DNA from: Octopus sinensis | Lineage: Eukaryota | Direction of reading: 5' to 3' | Length of the DNA stretch: 64,000 nt | NCBI RefSeq assembly: GCF_006345805.1 | Contig: NW_021825194.1 | Span: 62,001-126,000 of the forward strand | Part shown: positions 38,538-50,899 of the stretch, in pieces | Layout: every line of letters starts with the position of its first letter | Numbering within the stretch: the stretch's first letter is position 1 | Translations under genes and position numbers: made by a program | Notes under the pieces: model-generated | Told to the model about the DNA's origin: nothing | Seen by the model: the letters and a program-made list of their open reading frames with translations, nothing else | Databases searched by the model: none

Positions 38538-39271
38538 TCACTCCAATACTTCTGTGTATACGACGTTCCTAGCTGTCCCTTTGGGCGAAAGCATGAAAAC
38601 ATCATTGCGCCTCCCAACGTGTGAACAGCCCACGTAGAGTTGACCGTGGGCGAAGCACTGTTCGCCCAAATGTAACCCAGCGACTTGTAGCGTTTGGTGT
38701 TGAGGTGTTTCGGCAGATCGAGTCGTAGCTGTGTTTGCGGCGTCAGCAGCTTGGCGAGCTCTCTTCTGTTGAGGTGTTTCGGCAGATCGAGCCGTGGCTG
38801 TGTTTGCGGCGTCAGCAGCTTGGCGAGCTCTCTTCTGTTGAGGTGTTTCGGCAGATTGAGCCATGGCTGTGTTTGCGGCGTCAGCAGCTTGGCGAGTTCT
38901 CCTCTGCTGTGAGTTTTCGACAGATCGTGTCCTGGCGGTGCTAGCGGCGTTAGCCGCATTCCGAATGGCCGTTTGTTCGGGGTTCTCGCGAGCTCTGCGG
39001 ATGGAAGCACAAAAAGAAGCCCGCATGTTTTGGCTGGACTGTTGCTCTTACTTCAACCTCGAGCGGAGGGAAGATCTGTACGCTGTGGCTTTGCAAGTCG
39101 GGTAGAACGGTCGCTAGTAGTTTCAGATGCCTGAGCAGCGGCAGAACGGGAAGCTTTTTGCGAGAGGCGCAAGGCGGTGTCCTCGTGAGTCTCGCGTGCC
39201 CTTCTAGCTCTAGCAGCCGATGCCTTGGCCGTCCGAGGGCTGAGGAGGGTCCTTCTCTTCTTGGGTGGCAT
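38538..39271 (-). pseudogene. Helitron RepHel remnant: NLS-like start, 23-aa STPR-like repeats, Pif1 helicase C-terminus
   Basis: MPPKKRR start at 39271; frameshift; (SAETPQQKRARQAADAANTATAR)n; QTLQVAGLHLGEQCFAHGQLYVGCSHVG...TARNVVYTEVL. Confidence 0.85.
38701..38975. repeat. 69-bp coding tandem repeat (~4 units)
   Basis: TGAGGTGTTTCGGCAGAT at 38701, 38770 and 38839; diverged unit near 38908. Confidence 0.95.
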
Positions 39272-40659
39272 TTTGGTGGATAGCAATGTATTTGGCAAAG
39301 GTGTAATAAAAAGGAACACGTGGGGTAAGTATCCCAAAATGTACAAAAGCGGAAAAAAAGCGGGCAGCAATGTGAGTGACAACAACGAAAAAGAGAAAAG
39401 TAACTAAACTGAACAAACGAATGGAAAAGGTTTTTTGGTGCACACGACAAAAGCGGCTTATAATAAACCAAGAGTTTGAAAGTAGCGTCCGAGGACCCTT
39501 TGGGTACGTCAAAAATTTAAGGTAAAACGTTTGGGGTGGTAGTTATAAAGAAAGTTTAAACAAAAAAGTATTCGAATAACTTGCGGCTGCAGCAGCGATT
39601 AGCAGAAGTAGGCCAACGTGTGAAGCGAGCGGGTGTGAACCGAGAGAAGAAGTGGGAGTCACAAACTATACGTGCACAACTGAGTGTGTCAGTGCATGTG
39701 ATTGGCCAAAGGGTGTTTAATTGAGAGCATTGTTCACCGTTTGGGGAGCCAATGGGAAGAGCTGCAATCATCGTGTCAAGGACACGCGGGCACGTGCGCA
39801 CACAACCACAAACGCATCTACAGCCCAACATTGTTCGGATTTGAAGCAAAAGGAAAAAATATACCATTTCTAGTAACCTTTATGATAAAAGCGGCAAAAA
39901 TCGACTAAATCGCCTGAAATCCGCCAACTATTTAACAAAAGTCAGTTTTGTTGGTCTCAAAGAGATATGGTTTTGTCGATTTCTCCCAATTGACTGCATT
40001 GACAAAAGGTCGTTAGTTTGACATTTAATGCAAACTTGATGTCCAACATCGGTGTAGGGAAAATCTATGTGAACTTTCAAAAAATATCGCAGAAAAATCG
40101 GTTTGCTATGTGTGCCACATATGTAATTAACCGATTTTTTCCAGTAATAACGTATCCTATTGGAATCAAAAGGGCCATATAGCTCCTCGGAGCAGATATG
40201 ATGCTCGCTGTGAATTTCCAAAAAATTCCTGCCAATTTGTTAAAGATATTGTCGAAAATATGTCATCTTGAATTTGAACGCGATTTCCCAAAATGGCATG
40301 ATTTTATCGATTTTTTTCTGCTGGTAAGGTATTGCATGGAAAACTAACGTCAGAATTAAGTTCCTTAGAGTAATATTAAGTTTCATCATGGGTTTGGTGA
40401 AAATCGATTGTAAGTTGCGAAAACTACAACGGAAAATGTGTTGCATATGATAAGCTTAGATTCTCGACCCCATGTCGAATTTATCAATTTTTTTCAGAAC
40501 TGGGGAAACTTTTCAAAATTTTCGCTGCGTTAATTTTGAATTATGACATTGGGCTATGTGTGTGTCAAGTTTCATCAGAATCTGTTGAAAGCCGTGGTCA
40601 GGGTGAGGGTACAACCTGACAGACACACAGACAGACAAACTGCCTTTTATATATATATT

Positions 40660-40721
<62 letters not shown>

Positions 40722-40859
40722 TATATATAATATATATATATATAATATATATATATATACATATATATACCCATATATATACATATACATACAGATACAG
40801 ATATATATAGTTAAACCAACATATATATATATGCCCACAATTTCTTCCCTAGCCCCACC

Positions 40860-41265
40860 TCCCAACCTGGCTCGTTCTCCGCTCCTGCCCACGCAGCTGT
40901 TATTGCCCCTACCCCTCCAACACCACAGCCTCACAGGCACCCATCATCGTCCCTATCACATCACTGACTTCATTTATCTGCACTTTCAGTAACGTCATTT
41001 ACTGCATCGCCTGCTCTTTCTGCCCTTCCCTGTACATCGGCCAAATGAGACGCCGCTTGGCTGAGCGGTTCGCGGAGCACCTCCGTTACATCCGACTCGG
41101 CAATTATACCCCGGTCTCGCGGTCATTCACTGCAACATCTGTCTGTGTTCGGACTGTCTTTGCACAGGGGCCATCCGGACACCCGCCTTCACCGTGAACT
41201 GGAATTAATCTTCACTCTTCGGTCCTTTGTGCCACATAGACTCAACTCCCCTCCTCTCTTCATCT
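40860..41265 (+). mobile_element. Penelope GIY-YIG fragment
   Basis: Manual reading: SNVIYCIACSFCPSLYIGQMRRRLAERFAEHLRYIR; a ~55-bp homolog lies at 34955-35005. Confidence 0.8.
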
Positions 41266-41497
41266 GACTCTCCCCTCCTCTCCTCATCTGACTCCCGTCC
41301 TCTCTTCATCTGACACTTTTTCTCTTCGCTCCTACCCACCTCCTCTTTTCATGGATACAGACGTACATATATATATACATTTAGGCACACATATATACAC
41401 ATATATTTGAATTTTCTTATAATTAAATAAATTTCATCATACTATTTCTCTCGTCATTTATTACTGTACACATGCACACACACACATATACACGCAC

Positions 41498-41528
<31 letters not shown>

Positions 41529-41699
41529 TATTGGTCTATTGACCAACCGATACAGCTTGGCACTTGTGACGTCGCAAATGACTTGAGAAAATTAATGCTA
41601 CTTTCGTCAGAGCCATTTCTGAAAATAACATGCAGAGCACTTGAGGAATGACTGTTGTGTGGGGAAGGAGAGGGAAGATTGGAATGTCGCGTGTATACG

Positions 41700-42110
41700 A
41701 TTAGTATTAGAATTGGATGTAGAACCGTATCCTTCATGTTATTCGGATTTTTATCGAGATGGTGAATTATCTTCAATCGTCTGTTATCATGTAGTAGATA
41801 AGATATTCAAGTCTGCAACAAATATAATCTTTTCTTTAAATTCGGGTCTGCTTAGAGCCTCGTTATAGTAATGAGCATGGTGTTAAAAAATTTCCTTGTC
41901 AGATAATTTTATTAGAAACACCTTTGATTACACGATAAATTACGTTTTCCACAATAAGTTCTGCTAACGTAATTCAAATTTTCATCGGGTTTATGAAATG
42001 GATTGAAAGATAGACGCGTATTTAATTCTAAAGTAACATCAAAACACTTAGCTATTTTAAGGTTGTTCTCTACAGGGATCTCTATACCAAAGTTTTAAAA
42101 AATCTTAATT
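41700..42110 (-). pseudogene. Decayed Penelope RT thumb fragment
   Basis: Manual reading: FDVTLELN...NPFHKPDENLNYV...YYNEAL. Confidence 0.6.
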
Positions 42111-42334
42111 TCTTCCTCGTTCTTTCTATTTCTACCTTACTTGAGTTGCAAATTGAGAAAAGTGCATCATTTCTATCGAGACCACCCGAAAAATTTGGTA
42201 AATCGTCTTATAGACAATGCACGATATACACTCCCACCGCATCGTTTACTTGTGCTGAGTCACTGGCTCCCGAAGTAATGTCGAAGTTGTTTACCCTATT
42301 TTATCCTAGCCCAAACCTAACCATCAAATTCAAT

Positions 42335-42650
42335 TGCTGAGACCCCTTTCAGTCATGACTGACCGTGGGATTGCACCTAGAAAGTTACCCTCCCAAGCAC
42401 AAGTCTCGGCAAATTTGTTTATGGAAGACCAGCAGTCGCCCATGCATACCGGCCTCCCCTCTCCACACCACCAATGTTATCCAAGGGAAAGGCAACGGCC
42501 GATACAGCTTGGCACCTGTGACGTCGCAAATCATTTCTGCAGCTGAGTGAACTTGAGCAACGTGAAATAAAGTGTTTTGCTCAAGAACACAACACGCAGC
42601 CCGGTCCGGGATTCGAACTCAATCTCACGATTGTAAGCTCGACGCTCTAG
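42335..42650 (-). mobile_element. tRNA-derived SINE (third family, CORE-like)
   Basis: Minus strand TAGAGCGTC...GAGTTCGAATCCC (B-box), GTGTTCTTGAGCAAAACACTTTATTTCAC; a fragment recurs at 41547-41580. Confidence 0.8.
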
Positions 42651-42869
42651 AATAATGTCTACTTCAGATGAAGCTGAGTTCTTCATGGCGAAGATTAAAG
42701 ATTTATTTAACAGTATAGGAGAAATAATAACAATGTGTATCAACTTGTTGGAAGTTATAATTATGTTTATCCTGAACCATGAACCGCTTTATCACTTTGA
42801 TAGTATTTATCCAGAAGTGGAATCTAGATTTGAGAAAAAAGAGTAGGAATAATATTGGTTTTAAATATT

Positions 42870-43070
42870 GGCACGAGGCCAGCAACTTCGGAGAAGGGTG
42901 TAAACCGATTAGATCAATCCCAGTGCTCAACTGGTATTTATTTTATCGACCCCGAGAGGATGAAGGGTAAAGTCGAACTCGACAGAATTTGAACTCAGAA
43001 CGTAACGACAGACAAAATGCCGCTAAGTATTTTACCTGACATGCTTACGATTCTGCCCGCTCGCTTCCTT
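42870..43070 (-). mobile_element. Meta/MESC-like SINE
   Basis: Homologous to 25070-25237 and 30909-31125. Confidence 0.82.
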
Positions 43071-43409
43071 AAGAGCATTAACAAGAATTTTTTACTTAAC
43101 GCCTTATGTCATACTTCAAGAGCCAGATGAGTCTGGCAGTGGGACTGTCAGCAAAATTATCCTTATGGCCCTAAAAGTTAATTCTAAGGGTATTCACAAC
43201 TTAGTTTCACTTAGTGTGTATGTGTGTTTGTGAGCGCATGCATGCGTATGTGTCTTTGTGTTATAAACAACATTACCGGATGTTGTTATACCCCACCAGA
43301 CACAATGCACTTTTTTCAGGCGTTGTATGTTTGAATGATGCCACTCCATTGGCTAGGTGGACAGACTTCTCCTAAAATCTCTGGGCTAGTGCCAAAATTT
43401 GAAACATAT

Positions 43410-43457
<48 letters not shown>

Positions 43458-45527
43458 CATACATATATATCTATTTATACACATATATGCATATATTTAC
43501 ACCCACGCATGCACGCACACACACAAACACACACACAATAATGAATCACAAAAGAATATCATTTATATAATTATATTCGTTTGCTTACGGCCGTTTCAGC
43601 AAAGAGAATAAAATAATATTTTATAATGAGTACTGCTGCATATATGCGCAACAACCACAGACATATATATGTTTATATATGTGCATAAGTGTGCCTGTGT
43701 ATTGTGTATGTACGAATGTATGTATGTGTATGTGAATTTTTTATTTTATTATTTTATTTTCTCACCATGAGCATACAGGGAACCATCTTGAAGGGTTTAG
43801 TCGATAATTTCGATCCCTGTACATTTATTAAATGTGGTGCTTATTTCATCAGTGCCTGCCTTTTTTCAAGGGTGCTGGATTACAGGGACGCAAACAGACC
43901 CACATGTGTATATTGGGCTGTCAGATAAATTCGTTTGTGTTCTTCCAGCTATTTCAATCTTTACTTTTCATCAATAATTTGAACAAATCACTCAAAAGAA
44001 TTTTCTCCTTCATTGTTCACGACTCCTTGCTAACGTTCCAGAAACTTGTGAATGCTTGAAAGTATAAAACCCTCGGGTCTTGATTCGAAGAATTCATTGA
44101 GCCATGTTTTCAGCTCCTCGTTGTTGTTAAAGGTAACGCCTTCAAGACTGTTGGGGAGCTACCGATAAAGGTGATAACCATTATTTTGTTAATGGTGGAT
44201 AAAATGTGTGTAGAGCGCAAAACTATATTTATGCAAATATCATCAACAGACATTCGCGCACTGACATATGTATATGTTATATGCAAATATATAAAGAAAA
44301 CCTTCTGAACAATTAAAATAAGCATTAGAAAATTTTACTTCCGAACCTCTATGTAATCGATACTTGATAAAATGAGCGTCAAACCATGTAACAAGCAAAA
44401 AAACAATGATTTTATTAAATATTTAGTGAGACTGAACTAGTGGTGTGACAGAAGATATTAATAGGAATGATATTTATTCTAAGAGATGAGGAAGAAAAGA
44501 GCGTGTGCACTATAGTTAGGAGTTAGTCAGTTGGGGAGAAATTTGAAAAGTAAAACATGATTACTTGAAAGCTCTTGCTGGATGTCTCATATAAGCAAAT
44601 GTAATGGATGGAACTTATAATAATGGTAAATAGACATTTAAAAGTTTTTATCAAACGATACAGAAGAATAAAAGTAAACTTGTGATGACGAGGTACGGTC
44701 GTATTGGTCCGAACTCAAAAAGTAGTGCCCGGAGAATTTTTGTGTTTATGAGCATTATATACCATAATGTGCTCATAACCCATTTGCATACGTAAATCAA
44801 AGAATTTCTTACAGCAGTTTAATACAAATGTATCTACGGAAACCGGTATATTATGGGGATCCACCAGAAACCAGTCTCTGCTCAATGAATGTGATACGTT
44901 TACAATGGTTTCTAATGTACGCTCGAAGTATTGTAACATGAGAAATCGAACAGAAATTATGAAGTGTGTGTGTGATAAAGTTGACAGTAGCTAAACTGAA
45001 TGCCATACGTGATAAATATCTAGTTTATTAAAATTTCGCTCGCGAATTGGGAAGATCTAGTAGTTTCACGTTGAATCAACTATGTTTAAGGACAGTTGTG
45101 GACATGTCTTTCAACCACAATTTCACTTCATTGGCATAACATTGTATTTATAGTCTTCACAGTTTTCGTCAACCAAATTACGCCCGAAGTATTGGTAAGA
45201 TCCGAGGTGATGCTAGAAAACACTTCTCCAAGGTTACGCACATTAAGAAGGAATTTGTAAACGCATGACTTCGAAGTGAACCACACAGATGCGCTACGTC
45301 TCAGTCTGGTCTTGGAACACTTTGCACACTCCACTGTGCGTGCAGACTCCCTAGTATTCATCATGGGACGCACATGAATATATTCTTTTGAAATTATCCC
45401 TTGAAAATATAAATTATAAATTAGTCTTCAATAATATCAAGAAATTTCAAAAATGCCGGAGAAATACTTATCAAATTCAAATTATTCTAGTTTGCTATTT
45501 TTCTATCCTCATAGTTCTTATGTCTTT

Positions 45528-45568
<41 letters not shown>

Positions 45569-47199
45569 GTATGTGTGTGTGTGTATGTATGTATGTATGT
45601 ATGTGTGTATGACAGTATTTACTCTTTTTGTTCATTTTCTGCAATAAAATTATATGGTTTCACAAAGTTTTTTTTTTTCTGTAATAGAATTTACAGTTTA
45701 ACTGTCAAAATGTCAAAGAAAAATCGATTTCATAATTTCGTAATGAACTGAACAAAATTATGTAAATTGTAAATTTTCTTGTCGCTCAATTTGCTTTGAT
45801 TTGTAGACGGTTTTAAGGAAGCTCTCATAATGCCATTTCAGACTATCTCACCATCTAGAGACTAATTTATCACCAATTTTAGAAAAGTTTCTAATCTGAT
45901 TTGATACAATTAAATTTTTTGTAAGAAAACGTTCAATACATTCTCAACTCCAGAATAAGAAATAGCAAAGCTACATAAATGGTTTAAATTGAGTTTCTTC
46001 GATGAGAGAAAATATGAGTTATTTATTATAAAATTGACAGTTTGATGCAGAATCAGAATTTTCTCTTACGCAAGAACTAACAGCACATTTCAATATAAGA
46101 TCTAAATTTCAATGTAGAATGAAACCAAAAACTTTGATAGATTTAAATGTTTTAAATCTATTTTCAACTAGTCTAAGTATCTTGAAGGTTTCAGCCTGTA
46201 CAAGTTACATTGTAATTCAAACATATTTAAGATTTGGAAAATGCATTTTACTAGGTATATAGATAAATGTGTATCACCTTTAAAGTTATTGGCACGGCTT
46301 TTCAAGGCTGTCTACATACCCGCCAGGGACATTCAATCAGTAGAAGAAAATCACCCGTTATGTTTCATCATTTAAAACGATACATATATATGTGAACAAT
46401 TATTTTTATGCAATGTGTAACTGGTTCTCGTTTCAGGCTAACAATAGATACATTCTATAGTATGTGTCTTGTAAAAATAACTTAATTTTATGCAAATACG
46501 GAAACGCTATCATAAAGTGAAATTCTGATTTCAAGACACTCATCTCTGATACCGAAATATTTAAAGACTGAATAAAATCAAGATTTTAGAATAGTTTTAA
46601 ATCTCAACTTCACTATTTCCTTCTGACAGAAAAATAGGTATAAAGAATCCACATATTCTTCTATGTGTGAAATACTGAATTTTTTTTGTTGCCGTCACAG
46701 TTTTGAAATTTCAAAATTAGGTGAAAATTTTCAAGTATGGTATATTGATGTAATTTTCCCCGTTGAATCTGATTTTGTTATTCAAATGTTTCAGAAAAAT
46801 TTTAGAAAAATGTTTCAGCGGTTTAAAGTTTGATAATTTATACCCAATCAGAAAACAAGATTTGGAAGCTGGTATTTTCTGCGTGATTGCTGTCTAGCAC
46901 AACATTACAACGACAAGATTTTATTAAATAAATTCCGACAACGAAAGTTGGAAGAAGTTTTGAGGTTTAATAAGTTTAAAGTGACTAGTCATGTGGAACG
47001 TTAGAATAGGCAGAATAAAAAGGAAAAATCCTCAATGAAGTCTTTTTGGCGAAAACTTACAAAAATACGAACTGTTCGTTAAATTACAAAAAGAAACAAA
47101 AAATTGTTCGTTATACCACTGTAGCTCAGTTCATATAAACAATTAATACATTATTTTTGTAGCGAAAATTCAAAACCGAAAGTTTGAGATGCACTCTTG

Positions 47200-47560
47200 G
47201 AGTTTCTCAACCAAATTACAATTTTCGTATTTCCTGCGCCACATAAACTCGCAATACGAGTCAAGCATAAACCGGACTGAAGTTAATTCCTTGACGTATG
47301 AGTAAAGGAAAGACAGTATAGTCCTAAGAGTAAGAGTGCCACCTTCCAACTATGTATCTTTTCTGACAGACACACACTCGTTTCAACTTCTTCGGGAGCA
47401 CCGCCAGTAAATTTTCCCATAAAGCTTCTTCTTATATAATGTCTCTTTGAACATAATTTTCTGTCAGGAATAACACCTTTCTCTTGCAAGAAAGGAACCA
47501 CATCCTCCTATGTTTTCAATTTCTCCATCATACTCGAAAGGTTAAATGAGTTGGCTGTGA
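47200..47560 (-). mobile_element. Internally deleted Merlin (IS1595-like) transposase remnant
   Basis: FLQEKGVIP..KLC..RH, VSVRKDT*LEGGTLTLRTILSFLYSY, followed closely by C-terminal MLDSY-CEFMWRRKY. Confidence 0.6.
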
Positions 47561-47946
47561 TCATACTTTTTTTAGGTTGAAAACATCCAACAAAATACAC
47601 AGTTTAAAATTATTAAAATTAGGTAGTGACCGAAGAGCAACCGAAATATTTTTATGGCTTTTGAGTGGCTAATATTACCCAAAATTTGCAAATTTTAAAA
47701 AGCTATTTTTATTTATCAATTTACGGAGCAAACACATTTCATTTTCATAATTAGCATACAAAACTACATCAGAATTTGAAATTTTTGGGGATAATCTTGC
47801 TGAGTCGTATCTACGGTTAAATTGGATTTGGTACCTACATATCTTCCTACATGCAGTAAACTACCAACACATGATGCCTCATGATCGTTTTACTTCAATT
47901 TGGACGCTATGGTATGGTACCTGGCCAGATCTGGCGTCCTACGTGT

Positions 47947-47981
<35 letters not shown>

Positions 47982-48002
47982 TGCATAAATGAAAAAAATC
48001 AT

Positions 48003-48187
48003 AATTATGGAATGGAGTAGATAAAATCCAGGCTAAATATTTCATAGCTAGTAGATCCCTGGAAGTAGTAATTACCCAAACGAGGGGTAATCCGCTCGCT
48101 ACTCGTCGGGCCAAAGGTACCTTAATCAGATGAAGTTTAAATTGTCGTCAAGGGATCCCATGTTAACTCAAAGGAGATTTGATCGAT

Positions 48188-48242
<55 letters not shown>

Positions 48243-48450
48243 ACACACACATGTAAAATTCCAAACGTTCAAATCTTCTGTGAATTAACATGGGATCCCT
48301 TGACAACAATGTAGACATCATTTGATTAAAGTGTCTTTGGCCCGATGAGTAGCGAGCGGATTGTCCTCGTTTGGGTAATTACTACTTTCGAGGTTCTGCT
48401 AGCTATAAAACACATGTAGCCTGGATTTTATCTACTTCATCCCCTAATTT
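48003..48450. repeat. Long inverted repeat (~180-bp arms) around (CA)n; MITE/foldback-like
   Basis: AGTAGATAAAATCCAGGCTA/TAGCCTGGATTTTATCTACT; AGTAGTAATTACCCAAACGAGG/CCTCGTTTGGGTAATTACTACT; GTCAAGGGATCCCATGTTAA/TTAACATGGGATCCCTTGAC. Confidence 0.92.
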
Positions 48451-49719
48451 TGGAGTTTAATCGCATACACAACGATCCCAGCTGCTAACCATGAACTATA
48501 AGTTAACTTTTTCAGCTCATCGAACTTTAATATGGGAAAAATTTACAACTTTCTACGTCAATAAACCACTATTGTTCCTAAAAGTTGCTATTTATACCTT
48601 CAATGACTGCTCAAAGCTTGCTAGTGTCCTACACCTTGATCCTTGGATCTTACCATTACATATTACAACGCGCGCGCGCGTGTAATCAGAATTTTAAATT
48701 TTCTATTTTCGGACGGTAATGTAATTTGAACTATGAGACAAATATTTAAAAGATGCCATGAAAAGGTTTGAATTTCAAATGAAATTTGTCGGTTAGAGAG
48801 GAAACTAGAAAAAAAAAAGAATAAGTGAAAATGTCCGTATTGAAAAAAAACAATATAAATATGTATAAAATTGCCTTCGTTTTATCGCACTTCTCATCGT
48901 ACATTTAAGTAGTATCTAGTGTGTGTGTGTGTGTGTACAAAGATTATATAATTATATAAATAAGTGAAGTTTTGAGTGTATTTCTGTCAAAGGTTTAAAA
49001 ATTAAACAAAAACGTTTAGTTGTGACTAACGAGATTGGATTGCAATTGTTTTTAAAACAAACTATACACAACCTTTCTTCCTCTGTTACCTTTTTCTTTC
49101 TGGCTCCATGCTCCCGTCTTTCTTAGAAAGGTATTTTGGTCATGTCAACATAAATGGAATCTACCAAACATGACGATACTTTGCTAAAATGAAGACTAAA
49201 AAATATTACTCTGTCGAAAAAAACCACTTAATTCTGATGCAAATAAAACGTGACGGAGAAAATAGTGTGACTACAGGAGAATCATACTAAGAATTTAAGA
49301 GAGAAAGGTATATGAAATTAATGACTATAAAGTAGGATAGACTGCTTTCGTTTTTTCGAATCAGTTGAAGAGTTTTCAATTCTCATTGGATTGTTTTCAA
49401 ATTTCCCACACATGTAGTTTTGCACGCTGACAACGAATACCACATTGATTTTTTCCGAAAAATGAATAAGAAACAAGATAGAAGCATTTAAAGTTATATA
49501 TGTTTAGCCAATGAAGTTGAAACTGTTTGCTGCTATGGCAACAGAGTGTCGTTGAAATCATGGTAATATTACTACCTTTCGTTCTTTCGATAGAATCAAT
49601 ACCAGTTGAGCACTGGGGTTGATGTACTGGAAACGAAAATACATGGACTGTTAATAAGAGAAAACAAAAATGAAATAATGTACCGGAATATTATGAATTT
49701 AACGAAATTGAGCTATGCA

Positions 49720-50450
49720 CGCCAGTATCTTTTCAAACAGAGATACGTTCCCACTGTAGAACGATGATCTGCAACGCCGTTCATTCCCTCACTGAAGACT
49801 GGTCCAAGAACTGTCTGCTTGTTTAGTATGGGTTCCGTCTTGCAAGTTTACAAACTCAACGTTGTGGTTCATCGTTCTATGGTGAAATTGGTATTCTGGT
49901 ATCTCAAGAATATGCAAGTATGTGCGTCACAGGTCACTGTAAATATTTGCTCCCGGCAGAACTGATTGACGAATGCAGTTTCCGAGTGTGTTGCGATCTC
50001 CAGAAGGTACGGCGAAAAGAAAAAGATCCTCGATTTCGCGACACACACTGCTGAAAACCCACTGTTTGCGTAGCATTATCCAACTTCAGAAGTATTTTCT
50101 ACTCGGAAAGACTTTCGTCTATTTCAGCAATTCTGTCGCGACCACCAGTCTTTATTAGATTGCCGAAGAAATCCTCTGTGCAGACGTCCCGTAATTTATT
50201 TTTATAATCTACTGCCGCAGTCGCACCAATTCTTTGACCCAGCAGTAGATAAATAAAATTTGACTTCTAAGTGGAAGGATTCAACCTTCCAGCCAAGTGC
50301 CTCTTCTAACAGACAGATTCTTGGCATTCTCTCCTATTACATCTCTAGTATATGCAGCCATGAAGTGAAAATGCAATTAATGAAGCAGAGTTGTCATGAA
50401 AAGAAACAGTTTCGGTTTCTGTTGTGGGGACAGCGGCTTAAAATTCATTG
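49720..50450 (-). mobile_element. Merlin (IS1595-like) DDE transposase pseudogene
   Basis: Manual reading: FIYCWVKE...LRDVC...GGRDRIAEIDES...RKY...QWVF...LPGANIYSDL*RTY...HRTMNHNVEFVN..DGTHT....SSW. Confidence 0.82.
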
Positions 50451-50899
50451 TCTAAAAATATGTAAATTGAAATGCTTCTAACTTCTTTATTTAAAATTTT
50501 CGAAAATAATGAACGCGATATTCGTCATCAGCATATATCAAAATACAATTTTTAAAAGTTTTCCGATTAAAATTTATGGTTGGAAGAAAAGGAAAAAGAT
50601 CCAGTAGAATAAATAAATAAAAAAGAAGAGAAAATGCGTAGATATGAGAACTGTGAAATAGAAAATTCGTGGAGATAACAAAATACACAACTTTGGAAAT
50701 AAATGAATGAACTAATATAAATTAACTCGCGAAATGACGCCATGGCAAAGAATTGCATACTATAAATGATATTGACTATCTGTATATATTCGGGAGGGTG
50801 TCAACCATTCTCAGTGACATTTACCACCTGTTCATAACTTCATCTCGGTTCTTATACACGATTGTCTGATCTGAACTAGAACCTAACCATTTTGAGAGA

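Larger units (their letters stand above)
38059..40658 (-). mobile_element. Internally deleted Helitron (~2.6 kb)
   Basis: Minus-strand 3' end CCCGGGCAACGCCGGG hairpin and CTAG|T; 5' end TATATAAAAGGCAGTTTGTCTGTCTG; encodes RepHel N- and C-terminal ends. Confidence 0.9.

Noticed and set aside
38701-38975. Regular 69-bp repeats as a possible CRISPR array
   Set aside because: No unique spacers; in-frame coding repeats within a Helitron; eukaryotic context with no cas genes
39440-39760. TATA/CCAAT promoter for the Helitron ORF
   Set aside because: Short motifs are present but expected by chance; no transcript evidence
48338-48395. CCGATGAGTAG...CTAC as a hammerhead in the foldback arm
   Set aside because: No GAAA box or cleavage triplet in the right position
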